From the NCBI GenBank assembly GCA_000388065.2, contig KB932201.1: 57,235 nucleotides of DNA; one strand, 5' to 3'. Below the pieces are notes generated by a model that was not told the DNA's origin, made no database searches, and saw only the letters and a list, made by a program, of their open reading frames with translations. The first letter of the stretch is position 1. Each line of letters begins with the position of its first letter. Shown piece after piece: positions 36,032-49,104 of the stretch. The DNA is from Fonticula alba ATCC 38817. Taxonomy: Eukaryota; Protista; Nucleariida. A program made the translations under genes and the position numbers.

Positions 36032-38141
36032 ATGGACTTGTACCTTGAGGGCAGTGACCGCGACGCACCCGACCATCCCCCGCCCTCGCTCAGCACTTCG
36101 AGCCCCGATCAGCAACTGCCGAACCCCACCCAGGCAGCCACTTGCTCCATCCAATCGAGCCTCGGTCTCGACACCGGCTTCTCCCAGGTCCCGCCCCTGT
36201 CGTCGGATTTGACGGCCCCGCGCACGCCCATCATGTCCGGGCCCGCGCACGCCGGTCCCCCGCTGTCCCCTCTCAGCATGTCGATGCCGCCCCCGCCGTC
36301 GGTCCCCCCTCCGGAGGACGACCTGCTGGAAGAGTCGACCTCCATGATGACCCTGGCGGACTACCTGCAAAGCGGGGCCCTCACCTCGCCCGGGGGTCTC
36401 GGCGGTGATGAGGAGGACACCACGACCACCGATGATGATGGTGATGCTGCTGCTGCTGCTGTTGATGGCCATCATCGCCATCAGCCTGACGAGCATGGCC
36501 GCCGTGGCGCCGGCACCATCGACGATGAGGATGCACATGCACATGCGGCCGCCGACATGGATGAGGACGGGGATGCCGACAGCCTGCTAGCCAGCACCGG
36601 CTCCGTGGACAGCGCGTCCTCCATTTCCCTGCCCCCGCCCATTACGCCGGCATCCATCGCCAAGCGGGGCTCCCGTCGGACGAAGCCCACCACGCGCTCC
36701 GTGTCGCCGGTTCTCAGCCCGGCCGACCTGCCGCCCCATCCGCGGCTTGCCCCGGCCAATGCCGCCACCCCGGACGAGGGTGGCTACTCCCCCTCCGGCT
36801 CGCCGGCCCTGTCGCCCCTGTATCCCGTCTCGTCCGAGGATGAGGCAGCCCCGGGCGTGATGGAGGAGCCTGACCAGCAGCCGGCCGGCCACGCCGCCGC
36901 GGAGGGTGTCCCCCTGTCGTTGCCGATTGTCAATGCCTCGGAGGATGCCCACATGGAGGCCGCCGCCGATGGGCATGCCGACGCCCACCGTCCCTCCTCC
37001 CCTCCGGGCGATATCACCTACCAGCCCCTGTCGTCGGCCGCCTCGCCGGATGGTGCCATGCCCACCACTGGCGGCACTTCCCCCGAGGCCGAGGCCGAGG
37101 CCGAGGCCGAGGGCGGCCTTCCGCAAACGGCCCAGCCGCGCACGCCGCAGCTTGCCCGGCATGAGCGCTTCGCTTCGAGCTCCTCCCTGACCAGTGGCCT
37201 GCCAAGCCCGCTGACCCCGGCCGGGGGGACTTCCTCCCGGCCATCGAGCATGATGTTGAATCTGTCGGCAGAGCTGGGCAACGCCATCGCCGCGGTGGCC
37301 ATTGCCCGAGCCACTGGCGGCGCCTCGCCCCCGCTGTCTACCAATGCCCTGGCGGCCATGACTTCGCCGATGACCAGCTTCCCGGCCCCCGACCCGGCGC
37401 TCATCCTTGTGCCCGGTGTCGAGGACGCCGATGGCTCGGCCAAGCAGTCCGACGAGGCCGAGGCCGACAGCGACTCCGATCTGATGCCGGAGGCGGTTCC
37501 CCTGGCGGACGTGGCCCCGGCTGCCTCGCTGGCGGCGAGTGGCGACGAGCCGCAGCCCCATGCAGCCAGCCCGTCGCCCCCCGGCGGCAAGTCCACTTTC
37601 AGCCCGGAGTTCAAGGCCACCTCCACCGGGTCGCTGAGTGGCGATGTGCCGGCCCGGCCGCGGCCGACTCGCCCGGCGCCGGTTCCCCCGCCGGAGCTGG
37701 CCGCCCAGCGGGCCGCCTCGCTCAGCGACCTGTCCACCATCGGGCCCGGCGCCGCTTCGGCCGGTGGTGGTGGTGGTGCCCCGGGCGTCGATCCGGTTGC
37801 CACGTCGATGGAGTCCTTCTCGTCGGCCCTCGCGGCGGACCCCATCCTGGGCTCGGTGACGCCGCGCGGTCCGATCCTGGCGCGCGTCACCCAGCCGGAC
37901 TCCTCGACCGCCGAGTCGCCCCCGCCCTCGGCCTCGGCCTCGGCCGGCTCCAGCGCCGGGTCGACGGTGTCCTCTTCCTCGTCGTTGGCTTCGCCGACCC
38001 CGGTGTCCTCCTCGGCCGCGTCCACGGTGTCCCCCTCGGCCTCGACCGAGTCCGAGCGCTCCTCCTCCTGGATGAATCGCCTGCGTGTGCGTCATGTGCT
38101 TCTTTGGCTTGCTCCCTCTCTCCCCCCGCCTCTCGCTCTCT

Positions 38142-38176
<35 letters not shown>

Positions 38177-40207
38177 GCTCTCTCTCGCTCTCTCGCTCTC
38201 TCTCGCTCTCTCGCCTCTTCCTTCCCGGTGTCCTTTCAATCGCTCACAAGTCCATCGCCACCCTGCAGGTCTTCAAGCGTGCCTCCTCGTCGGTCGATAA
38301 CTCGGTCCACTCGGCTGAGGCCCTGTCGCAGACGCCGTCCCCCAGCGGGTCGGCACATTCCGTCGAGTCGCCACAGAGCACGGTCGGCACCGCGGCCCAG
38401 CGTGCCTCGCAGTCGAGCGAAAGTGGCTCCCTCTCGCAGTTGAATCTCCTGCGCCGGGCCCAGTCAGTCCGAACCAAGTCCTCAACGGAGCGTGCGCCGG
38501 CCGCGCCGCTGCCTTCTGGTGGCCCACTGACGACCAGTGGTGGCCCGGCCGTTCCGCCGCCCGGCGCGCGTCACCCTGTCGAGCGCGCCAACTCCGACAA
38601 CACCACCCCTGCCATGCTCTCGGATGTGCGTGTCCCCCATGGTAGCCATTGTGGCTTTTCGATTGCCTCCCTTTGCACACAGAAGCGAGGATCCCATGCG
38701 CGCTATTTGGATTTCCCTTCTCTCCTTCTCCCTCCCTCTGTCCCCCCCCTCCTCCCCGGCTGGCCCCGGCATCCCGTTCCCGATCTTCTGACAGTTCCTC
38801 CTCTTCTTCTTCTCCTTCCCCTTCCCGCCGGCTCGGCCCGGCACACGCATGGGAATCCGCCTACTTTCACCCTCGCACGTGTGTCCAGTCGGCGAACTTC
38901 TCCCAGTCCCTCGGTGATGTGTCGTCTGTGACTTCGGCCGGTGGCCTGCAGCAGTCGCCGGGCACCGGCGATGTGGCTCCCCTGAGGCTGGCCACCTCGA
39001 CGGAGGACATGCAGTCGGCCACCGAGTCGGAGTCCGCCGCCATGCATGCGGCGGCCACTTCCGCTTCGATGCCCAGCACCCCGACGATTGGGCTGTCAGC
39101 CGGATCGTCCACCTCGGCGGCTGAGGCGTCGGCTGCGACGGACGCCGCGGCCCCGGCCTCGGCGCCGGTTACCCCGGCGCCAAGTGCGTCGACCGCGAAT
39201 GCCGGCGGCGCTGCCGCGGGCGCCGCCGCCGCCGCGGACTTCCCCTTCCATGTGATCAGCCAGGGCATTGACGCTCTGGCAGCGGTGCTCATTCAGAAGG
39301 TCTTCCCGGACTTGGTGACCGATGAGCAGAAGAAGGAGCACCGGGCATCGCTGGCCTCGATTTGCCACTTCGCCGAGCTCCTGGTGACCGAGTATAATTA
39401 CATCACCATCTTGTCGAATGTCAGCGAGAAGATTGTCCAGCCGCTGCGCGAGCAGATTGCCACCGCGGCGCAGACCGGCGTCAAGCCGATCCTCTCGTCC
39501 TTCGAAATCCGGACCATCTTCGTGCCGACCATCGACCTGCTGAATGTCAATCGGGCCTTCTACAAGGACCTGATGGACCTGCTGCCGGGGTACCATCAGG
39601 ATGTGGACATTGGCCAGGTGTTCCTGCGGCACTTCACCGATTCGCCGGAGTACGTGCGGTATATCGACACCTACTCCTCGGCCACGGCGGCCCTGCGCAA
39701 GGTGTGGGAGTGTCCCAACTTCACGAACTTCGCCACGAGCCAGATGAAGCGCCATGAGTTTGAGGACTTCATGATTTCCCCGATCCAGCGTGTGCCGCGG
39801 TATTCGCTGCTGCTGAATGACATCAACAAGCGCACGCCCGAGGGCCCGATCAAGGACCAGCTGCAGGCGGCCATCGCCTGCATGGCCAAGCTGTCGCATG
39901 ACATCAATGAGGCCAAGCGTCTGGAGGAATCCACCACTCGCATGTTCGACATCCAGAGCACCATCGAGGGCTGTCCGCCGACCATCCTCTCGGCTCAGCG
40001 GCGCTTCGTCACCCAGGGCGACTTCTTCCTGGTCGACTCGTCACACACGCCCCTTGGCTCCATTCGCTTTATCTTCTTCTCGGATCTTGTGCTGATTGCC
40101 AAGTGCGTGGCTCTCTCTGTGGCACTCTGATGTGCTGCTTTTCTTTTGGCTGGGGTTGTGCATGTCAGAAGACTAACTCTTTCCTTCTCCCTCTTTCCTC
40201 TTGTCTA

Positions 40208-40287
<80 letters not shown>

Positions 40288-41394
40288 TTTCTTGCTCTTC
40301 CTCCCTCCCTCCCTTCCCCTCCCTCCCTCCTCCCTCCTCCCTCCTCCCACCAAACACAAGTAAAGCAAAGACCAAAAACTACACTAAACCAGAACAAGCG
40401 CAAGTACAAGCTTGAGTACCTGGTCCCCCTCCGGAACATCACCTTGACCAATGTCCACAGCACGGCGGTCACCCGTGGCCCGGTCTTCAAAATCTCCTTC
40501 CCCTACAATGCCAGCACCAACTGGAGTGAGCTGGCCGCCAACACGACGGCCGCCGAGCCAGTTGCCGCCACCCCGGCGACCACCTCCTCGGAGCCGGTTT
40601 CGATGACCGGCAGCGAGTCCGACCTGTCGACCATCGGATCCTCGAGCGGTGGCTCGCCGCCGGCTTCCATCTCGGCTGGCTCGTCGGCCGCCAGCCGTCG
40701 TCTGTCGGCGCATCTGCCGTCGCTCTTCGAGCCTCCGACCGAGGGGACCTCCGGAGCCGTCGGCGCCGGCAGCATGGGCAATGTCACCGGGGGGGCCGTT
40801 TCTCGGTCCATCTCGCAGCTGAATGCGGCAGCCCAGCTGGCCGCTGGCAGTGGGCCTGGCTCTCCCCCGCCGGCCGGGGCGCAGTCGTATGCCGCGTCGT
40901 TGCGTGGGGTGGAGAGCCTGCAGGCGGGCGGGTCCGCCGGCAGTGGTCCTGGCGGCATTTCCGCGAGGAACTCCATTTCCTCCGGCACCGGGTACTCGAC
41001 CGCGCCGATCCGGCTGCAGAACCGCTCCGAGCGTTCCTTCCTCCGGACCACCACCAGCGAGGATGCCGGTGGCTCGCTCATGCCGAATGCCTCTTCCGAC
41101 AACATTCCCCTGGAGGAGGCACTGCTGATGTATGAGCAGGAGAATCGCGCCGCCGCCGCGGCCGAGGTGGCCCGGTCACGGTCCATCGCCTCGCAGCGGT
41201 CGGTGTCCGACACGGCGTCCCTGTCCTCGGTGTCCTCGTCGTCCTCCTCCTCGTCGTCCTCCTCGTCGTCCGGTGCCTCGGAGGCCGGGGTCACCCATGT
41301 GGAGATCGTCCTCCAGGCCCAGAGCTTCGCCTCGTACAAGACCTTCCGCACGGACATTGACCCGCATCTGAAGACCCTGCCTGCTTCGACTTGA
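36032..41394 (+). CDS. Dbl-family RhoGEF (DH-PH) with a very long acidic/Ser-Pro-rich N-terminus, about 1549 aa
   Basis: Exons 36032-38086, 38269-38625, 38889-40102 and 40371-41394 (phases 0, 0, 2). DH domain: ELLVTEYNYITIL..FMISPIQRVPRYSLLLNDINKRTP..HDINEAKR. PH domain: RRFVTQGD..FIFFSDLVLIAK..YKLEYLVPL..IVLQAQS. The exon 1 donor and exon 4 acceptor were chosen by phase. Confidence 0.9.
40206..40282. repeat. Compound (CTGT)n-(CT)n microsatellite in the last RhoGEF intron
   Basis: Read directly. Confidence 0.9.
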
Positions 41395-42411
41395 GATGCG
41401 TCGCAGGCCGGGGGGGGGGGGGGGGGGGGCGAAGAGGGAGCCGCCCTCCCGGCATATCGGGAAGGTGATGTCACAGGCAAGCGCCGCCAGCGCGCCCAAA
41501 GGCAGGACGCAGAGGCGCACACCCAGGGACGAGGCGAAGGCGCGCGCGCGCGCGCGCGACATGGAGAGATGGCGAGGAAAAAAGAAAGCCAGATCACCAG
41601 CCGGCACGGTGTGGTGAAGGCCTGGTGCTCTCCCGAAGGGGGCCCCAGGACAGGACGTGGCTCATCGCTCGTCCTCCTCCCTCGGATTGCCGGGCTGCTG
41701 GTCCCACTTGGCCAGGAGCTCGAGGAGGAGCAGCGAGCAGGTGTGTATGTGTGTTCGTGTGTCCGGGAAGAAGGCACGCGGACACTGGCACAGGCGCGCA
41801 GTGGGCCCTGTCCACCGCTGGGACACGGAGTTTTGTCCGCGGTGTGGGTCAGGACCCATGGGCCTTCCTCCTGCGTCCCTCTTCCGGAGTTATCCTTCTT
41901 TTTGCTTTCCTCCCCCCCCCCCCCCCTCCCCTGTCTTTCCCCTTGTGCCGCCTCCTCTGCTTCCTCTCCTTTCCCGCTTCTTCTCCTTTTCTCCTTCCTT
42001 CTCCTCTCTTCTTCCCCTGCCCTCCCCCCCCCCTCCGTCGTCCTTCCTCCCTCCTCGCTCGCGCCTCTCTGGGTGCCCTGGCCTGACCGCCAGCCTCCGG
42101 GAGGCGGCATCTTCCCACACGCGCACCTCATGTGGTATCTTCCCTTCCCTGCGTGTGCGAGAGTCAATACAACACACCCTGTGGATTTCCGTCGACGCAT
42201 CGCCCAGGCGGGGTGGGGCGGGGGACATCCGTCCCGCGGCATCTCGGGTGTGGCGCAGGGGTACAGATGCGTGTGTATTTCCTTCTTCCGCTCCTGTCGG
42301 AGATATGCAGAATGCCCACGGCCAGGCGACGGTCGGGGGGACAATGAGAAAGCCCCGCACCACCGGGCAGAGTGGCACACTCCTGGGCTCTGCCCTCGGC
42401 CAAAGTCTAAT

Positions 42412-43935
42412 CTAGGGAGAGGTGTTCTCGGCCGGCGGGCTGTCGGCACTCTTGTGCTGACTGTCGGCCGGGGCCGCCTGGGTGGGCGTCGAATCGCCGG
42501 GGGCCGAGTCACCCGATGCCGGGACGGTGGCAGGCAGGGCGGGCGGCGAAAGCATCTTCCGGAAGGAGAATGCCGAGTAGATGCCTGCAGTGAGGGCCGT
42601 CGAAGTGAGGAAGTCAGTCACATGGAGGCCAGGGATTCCGCTTGGCAGCCGGCGTCAACACGCACCTGAGGCCTCCCAGTACTTCTCCTGGAAATTGCCC
42701 TGTCCATCGAAGAAACGTTCCCGGAGGATGTGCTTCCCCCGGTGCCAGTGAGCCCGCTCGTAGAAGTACTCGTGGAAGTTTCGGAAGAGCACCAGCTCCA
42801 GGCCATACTCGAAGGCCAGCGCCTGGAGCACATTGATCGGGATGAGGAACTCCGGCACATTGTCCACGGCATCTTCCAGGAAGTAGACGTAGCGCGAGGC
42901 AAAGGGGCCAAAATGCTCCGGGTCGTCGAGGGTGATCGAGAAGATGTCATTGCCAATCTTGGCTGTTCCTTTTTGGCGGGCATTTTTCCTGGACCCCGGA
43001 GGCGTGTTAGTCTTGGCCGTCGGGTGTTACCTTGCTTTCGCCCTGCGCTAACGGCCCCACAGCCCATCTCGTCGCACTCGTTGCCCCCCCCCCCCCCCCC
43101 CCCCCCTACAACACACACGTGCATGCGCATGTAAACGCATATATGCATCCCCCGCCCCTGCCCCTTCTCATGTGTGGCGAAAGGTGCATGACACATGGCG
43201 CGCGCAGTGTGCACTAGCCGATCCATCCACCCGGATGGCGACGCGACCAACCGATCGGCCTTTGCAAAAGGGGAAGGGAAGAAGGACGCACACAATCCAG
43301 TCGGCATTGGGGATGGTCCCGACAAAGTAGCCCCCAGGCTTCAGGCGTTGCGAGACGTTCTTCAGCATCTGCCGTGCCTTGGTCTCCGACTCCCAAGCAT
43401 AGTGCAGGGCAAATTGGCAGTTGACCAGGTCAAAGTAGTGGTTCGGATTGTCGGCCTTCAGGAGCCCGGTGTCGACGAGGTCCACATTGAAGAGATCCAC
43501 CACATGGAACTCATGCTCGAAGGGGGCCGGCGGGTCGGGGGAGGCCGGGCTGGCCGGGCCGCGCGGCTGCGAGCGCCAGCCCCGGCGGATGCCAGCCCGG
43601 CGCCGGGCCTCGTCCACGGCCCCGGCCGCGATGTCCACGCCGAAGAGATACCGGATGGAGGCGGCATGGAATTTGGGGATGTCCCCGCCCTTGCCGCAAC
43701 ACAGATCGAGCACTCGGGCCCCCGGGGCCGGCAGGAACTCCGAGATCAGCAGGCTCTTGATGAAGTTGTTCAGCGAACGCAGGGGCAGGATCTTGCTCTG
43801 CTGGCGGTCCTCGAAGCGCTCGGTGGCACGGCGATTGTAATTGGCCTCGACACTCATCATATTCCGCGGCTGAGAGGGGCCGCCATGATGGGCATGGTTG
43901 TGGTGATGGCCAGGGTGGTGGTGGCGGTAGTGGGG

Positions 43936-43969
<34 letters not shown>

Positions 43970-44256
43970 GAATAGTGCGGGTGAGGGTGCTGAGGGTGGC
44001 GCTGGTACGGTTGCGGAGGGTGATGAGGACGGTGGTGGCCATGGGAGTGATGACTATGGGGAGGGCCCGGGCGCGGCTGCTGCTGGAAGTGCTGCGGATG
44101 GCCGAAGGGGGGGGGCGCAAAGGCCGGCGCGGCGAGCCCCGGGTGCTGGGGCGGGGCACCGGGTGCCGCACGCGGAGGGCCCTCGCTAAAGCGCGATACC
44201 TTGCGCGGAGGCTGCTGTTCCGGGGGCGGCCTGCGGTCGGATCCGCTGTCGGCCAT
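42412..44256 (-). CDS. RNMT: mRNA cap guanine-N7 methyltransferase, 3 exons, about 486 aa
   Basis: Exons 44256-43292, 42988-42666 and 42584-42412 (phases 2, 1; ACTAAC branch site). Motifs: LRSLNNFIKSLLI, VLDLCCGKGGD, GVDIA, FDLVNCQFALHY, LKPGGYFVGTIPN, YFLEDAVDNVPEFLI and IYSAFSFRK. Confidence 0.96.
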
Positions 44257-44874
44257 GGCGCAGTGAATGGGGGGAGGAGGGAGAGGGAGAGAGAGAGAGA
44301 GGGGGGGNNNNNNNNNNNNNNNNNNNNNNNNNNNNNNNNNNNNNNNNNNNNNNNNNNNNNNNNNNNNNNNNNNNNNNNNNNNNNNNNNNNNNNNNNNNNN
44401 NNTGCCGGGGGTGCTTGTGTGCGCGCAGGCGCTCACGCGCGCGGATGTGCACGCCCGTCCTTTCGCCCCTCTCGGGCCGGAGGTGCCGCCTCCGGGGCCT
44501 CACGTCGGCTGCCAACGGGGGGCAGTGTGATGCCAACCGCGAGGCTTTGCACATGGGGCCACATTTACGCCTCCAACAGTCGGCATCTAGGGAGAGTGTT
44601 TATTTTGCAGCAAGCCCCCTTCCTTCCCCCCCCCCCCCCCCCTCGCGCCCCGGACTCCGGAGGGGAAGTCTCCGGCTCTGGGGCGGCACGAAGGGCGGGC
44701 GGTGTGTGATTGTTTTTTCCCCGGCCCCCTCGGCCGGTCCACGGGCGGCGGCCGTGTCCAAACAGCGCTCCCTTCTCTCCCTGCCCTCTCGCTCCCCCCC
44801 CCCTCCTCCTCCCTTCGCTCGCCGCTTTCTCTCCCTCTTCCTCCTCGCCGGGATTCTTCCTGCCTGCTGTTGTG

Positions 44875-46292
44875 ATGGCGACAACTCCCCAGTTCCTTGT
44901 GAGCGCCCCGCCCGGTACGCCCCCCTTTTGTTCCTCCCCCCCGGTCGCGCCCCCCCCCCTTCCCCCCCCCCCCCCCCCCCCCATGCTCCTTGCCTCCTCT
45001 GACCACCTGTTCCCGCTTGGGTCTCTCTGCGGCAGGCTTCCGCCAGGCGTGTCTCTCGCTCAACAAGTTCCCCACCGAGACGCTCATCGCCCTGGTATGT
45101 GGGGTCATTGTCCCTCCCCCTACTTCTGGCCCTTTTTTTTCCCCCCTCCCGCTTGTCGCTGACCCCCCCCCCCACCCAAGGCGCTTGACACCGCCGGCGA
45201 GAGTCGCTCCCCGCTGGACTTTGCCGAGATCTCCAAGGTACCTTTCACTTGCTCGGATCCCCGGGAGCCCGCGCTCGCCCAGACCTTCCCCGCCCCCCCC
45301 TCCCCCCGGGGCCACCAGGCCTGGAGTCATCCATTGTCGCCTGTTGACCACATCAATTGTTCCTTCCCTCGACGGGCTCTCCCCGCCTGGGGGCTCCAAA
45401 CTCCCCCTCCGACGAGGGCTCCGCCCGGGCGGGACGGGCCGGCCCCGGGCACTGCCGAGAGGCAGTTGTCATGCCTTCTCCCCCCCCCCCCCCCCCCCCC
45501 GCCCCCCCCCCCCCTCCCCCCCCTCCCCCTCCCCCGCGCCCCCATGGAACTCATTCTCCATCTGCCGCCCCTCGCGCCCCCTTCCCTGGTCTCATGCGTC
45601 GCTCTTGACACCCGGCCATTTAGACCATCGTTCCGACCAACCCCGCGGTCACGGCGGCCGTCATCCAGAGCTGCCATTCGGCCCTGCTGTACATCTTGAC
45701 CTCGACGATCCAGTACAACCTGACCGCCGAGCGGCGCCTCTCGCCCAAGAGCCTGGCCCAGCTGCTCGGGCGCGAGAGTCTTCTCTCCAGCAAGGCGGCC
45801 AGTGTGCTGACGCACTGCTGGGAGGGCGCCCTGCTCCGGCAGGCCCCGGTGGTCCGGGACCATGCCGGTGTCCAGGCGGCCGACCACTCGGAGATGCTGG
45901 CCGCTTTGGCCGGCACCGGGCGGCTGGTGGGGGTCAAGTGGGACCTGGCCCTGGGCCTGGCCCGATCGATGGCCGCCGAGGGCCAGGACGCGACGATGTC
46001 CGACCGGCCAGAGATGCTCGTGCGCCTGGTGCTGGATATTGATGCCGGAGTGCATGCACCGGTCCAGCGCATCCCGCTGGAGCTGTCGCTGCCGGAGTTC
46101 CGGGTTCGTGCCTCGCCCGTCGGCCACCGACGCTGGCCCGTTTCATTTGGTGCATGTGCGCGCTCTTGTGCTTCTTCAAGGATCACTAACGTCTGGGGGG
46201 TCTTTTTTTTTTTCCGCCTCGCACCTGCTGTGCAGAGCTTTGCTGCCCACATCAAGCAGCTCGGTGGCCACTTCGACATTCCGACCAACTAG
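44875..46292 (+). CDS. COMM-domain protein (COMMD6/7/8-like; subtype unresolved), about 221 aa
   Basis: Exons 44875-44898, 45047-45094, 45181-45237, 45624-46103 and 46236-46292. The C-terminal RLVGVKWDLALGLARS..VRLVL..PLELSLPEFRSFAAHIKQL fits the COMM pattern. The three short 5' exons are tentative. Confidence 0.78.
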
Positions 46293-46877
46293 GCGTGTTC
46301 GGCGTCCCCTGCCCGCCTCCCCGGCCTCCCTTCGGACCTGTGACCTTGTGCCACCGCCGACCAGCGTGTTTGAGCCCCCCGCTCCCCCCCCCCCCTCCCC
46401 TCGTAACCTATGTCGTTCCTCGTCTCCTCTCCTTTGTCTCTTCCGCCGGCGCGCCCTTTTGAAATACACCCTCTCCAGCATGGGTCTCCCGCTCTGCCCG
46501 ATGACGATGACGATGTCCAGTGATGGCGGTGAAGGTGTTGTGATGCTGAGATTGTGATCTGACCGCCGCTGTTGCCGCTCCCTCGGCTGCACGGTCCCTC
46601 CCCCTTGCGGGACGCCCTTTCTTCTTCGGCGCCCAGCTCGGCAGGAGTTCGGCCCTGCGGGGCGTCTCCTGGGGTCCAATTCGTTGGCACCCCCTGTACT
46701 TGCGCCGATCAGCATGGTTTCTTCTCCCTCTGGCTGGGGGGCCCTCACTCTGGATGGGGAGGGGGGGGTCGATCTTGGTGGTTGATCAGCTCCCCGGCCG
46801 AGGTGGAAACGGGCTCTCCTGGTCGGGTAGCTTGGTCCCCAGACACACTCCTTCTCTTTCTCCCTCACTCCCTCCCT

Positions 46878-46921
<44 letters not shown>

Positions 46922-46993
46922 CTGCTCTCGCCATCCCACTTGTTTATCCCCGTTTCGTTGGCCCCTTGCAGACGGTCCTGCACACACCCTGAT

Positions 46994-48878
46994 ATGCTGG
47001 CTCCAAGCATCGGCAGGACGCCCTTGCTGGCCGGGCAGCCAGCGTGGCGGCCCCTCGTGCTGCGGGCCTTCGCGGCCGGCTCCACAGGATGCACCTCCTC
47101 CGTGGCGGGGTCACCTCCCCCCGGCGTAGGCCGGCAGTACTCGAAGAAGACCCACTCGTGCGAGCCCTCTCCCCTGTCTTGGCGCCTCCTCTCCCTCCGG
47201 CGTCTCTCCCTCTCTCTCTCTCTCTCTCCCTCCCGGCCTTCGCTGACATCCTGCCGCCGTCCTGGTGCATGGCGTCCCCCTTCCCCCCGGGGCAGCTCCC
47301 ATCAATGGCTACAGCGCCAGTCTACCGATGTGCACTCGCGCATGGCTTCCGAGTCGGGCTACCGCGCGCGGTCGGCCTTCAAACTCAAGGAGATCCAAAA
47401 TAAGTTCGACATTTTCGGCCTGCGCCGAGTCCGGCCCGCCTGGACCCCGGGCACGCGTGTGGAGGATGCCCCCTCGGCCGAAGGCCCAGACGCCGAGGGG
47501 GCCGCCCCGGCCGCGACCACGGCCGACTTGCTGGCGGCCGCTGCCATGACAGACACCGATGGAGGCATGGCCGCACGGGCGGCCCTCCTCGCGGCCGAGC
47601 TCCCCCCCTCGGGGGCGAACCTGGCCCGGCAGCGCAAGGCCCAAGCACGGGCCGAGCGGGCCGCTAGCGCGCGGCGGTCTGCGGACGAGCGCGCCCGGCT
47701 GGCACGCGAGCAGGACCGTGCAGCCGCCGCCGCCGCCGCCGCCGCGACCACCACTACCAGGCCCGAGATGGCGGGTCTTCCCATCCGCCGGCGGGTCCGC
47801 CGGGTGCTGGACCTCGGCGCGGCTCCCGGGAGCTGGAGTCAGGTGGCCCTGGAAATCCTGGCCGGCAAGGTGCGCGGGGCCAGCTCGCCGATGTTCCACC
47901 CGGCGCAAGCGGCCGCGGAGAAGGCCGACGCACGGGAGGTTCGTCGGCTGGCGGCGGCCGTGGCCGCGGGCTCCTCCGACGGCCTCTGGCCTGCGCCGCC
48001 GGCCCCGGTCACAGGCACCGGCCTGGTGCGCTCGATCACACTGGATCTGACCGACAATCAGCCCGGGCCCGAGGGGGCTCCTCCCGCTGGGCCGGCGCTG
48101 TCGGTCTTGCCTGGGTCGGAGGAGTCCCCGGTGCGGGTGATTGGCATTGATCTCCTCCGTGCGCAGCCCCCCTTCTCTCGCCCCTCTCTCCTCCCCCCTG
48201 GCATCCGCGATCACTTGCCCTCCTCCTCTCCCTCCCCCCCCCCCCCCCCGGCCCTGCCCGGTCCTGCTCGGGCCTGTGGGTCTTTCATGCCGCTGACATT
48301 CCTGCTGTGCCCAGACGTTCCCCCGATGACGGATGCGGCCTTTGTGCGGGCCTCCATCGACGACATTGAGTTGTGTCACACCTTGGTGCAGCGTCTCTTC
48401 TCGCGGACTCGGCCCGGTGCCCCGGCGACCGAGCAGCAGCTGCACGACCCGAATGCCGGGGACGAGCAAATCCACGCCGAAATTGTCCTGGACTCCGGCG
48501 ACCCGAAGTATGCGACACCCAGCCAGGACTTCGATCCGGCTCGGCCGGTGGACTTGCTGCTCAGCGACATGGCGCCGAACACGAGTGGCCACAAGTCCAG
48601 CGATCACTTGCGCCAAGTGGTGCGTGCACATACAGATGCTTCGTCTGCCTTGGTGTGCCGGTCGTCCTGGTGGCCCGCCCGTTGCCGTGGTGTTTGTCTT
48701 GCCCGCTGTCTCTTGCATCTGCCTGACCTTTTGCTCGTCTTCCGCTCGCGGCGCCTTCCCCAGTCACTATGTCATCGGGCGCTGGACCTGGCCGAGGGGG
48801 TCCTCTCGCCCGGAGCCAATGCCGTGTTGAAGGTCTTCGCCGGGTCCGAGGAACAAGGTCCGCCCATCTCTCTCTCTC

Positions 48879-48912
<34 letters not shown>

Positions 48913-49104
48913 ATTGGTGTGCTCTCCTCCCCTTCCGCCCCCTCCACTGGTCAACTAACTTGCTTGTGTTTTGCAGAGCTGGTTGACCGAATGGGCCTCC
49001 TCTTCATGGAAGTCCACCGGGTGAAGCCGGACTCCTCGCGCTCGGAGAGCGTGGAGTTTTTCCTCGTCGGCAAGTGCTTCAAGGCGGGCCTCGTCGATGA
49101 GTAG
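46994..49104 (+). CDS. MRM2: FtsJ/RrmJ-family rRNA 2'-O-methyltransferase, MRM2-like (probably mitochondrial), about 517 aa
   Basis: Exons 46994-47157, 47296-48158, 48315-48619, 48764-48857 and 48977-49104 (phases 2, 1, 0, 1). Motifs: SSHQWLQRQSTD..GYRARSAFKLKEI, VLDLGAAPGSWSQV, IGIDLL, LLSDMAPNTSG, LKVF and KPDSSRSESVEFFLV, so the K-D-K-E tetrad is intact. The N-terminus is Arg-rich and lacks acidic residues, as in a presequence. Confidence 0.93.
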
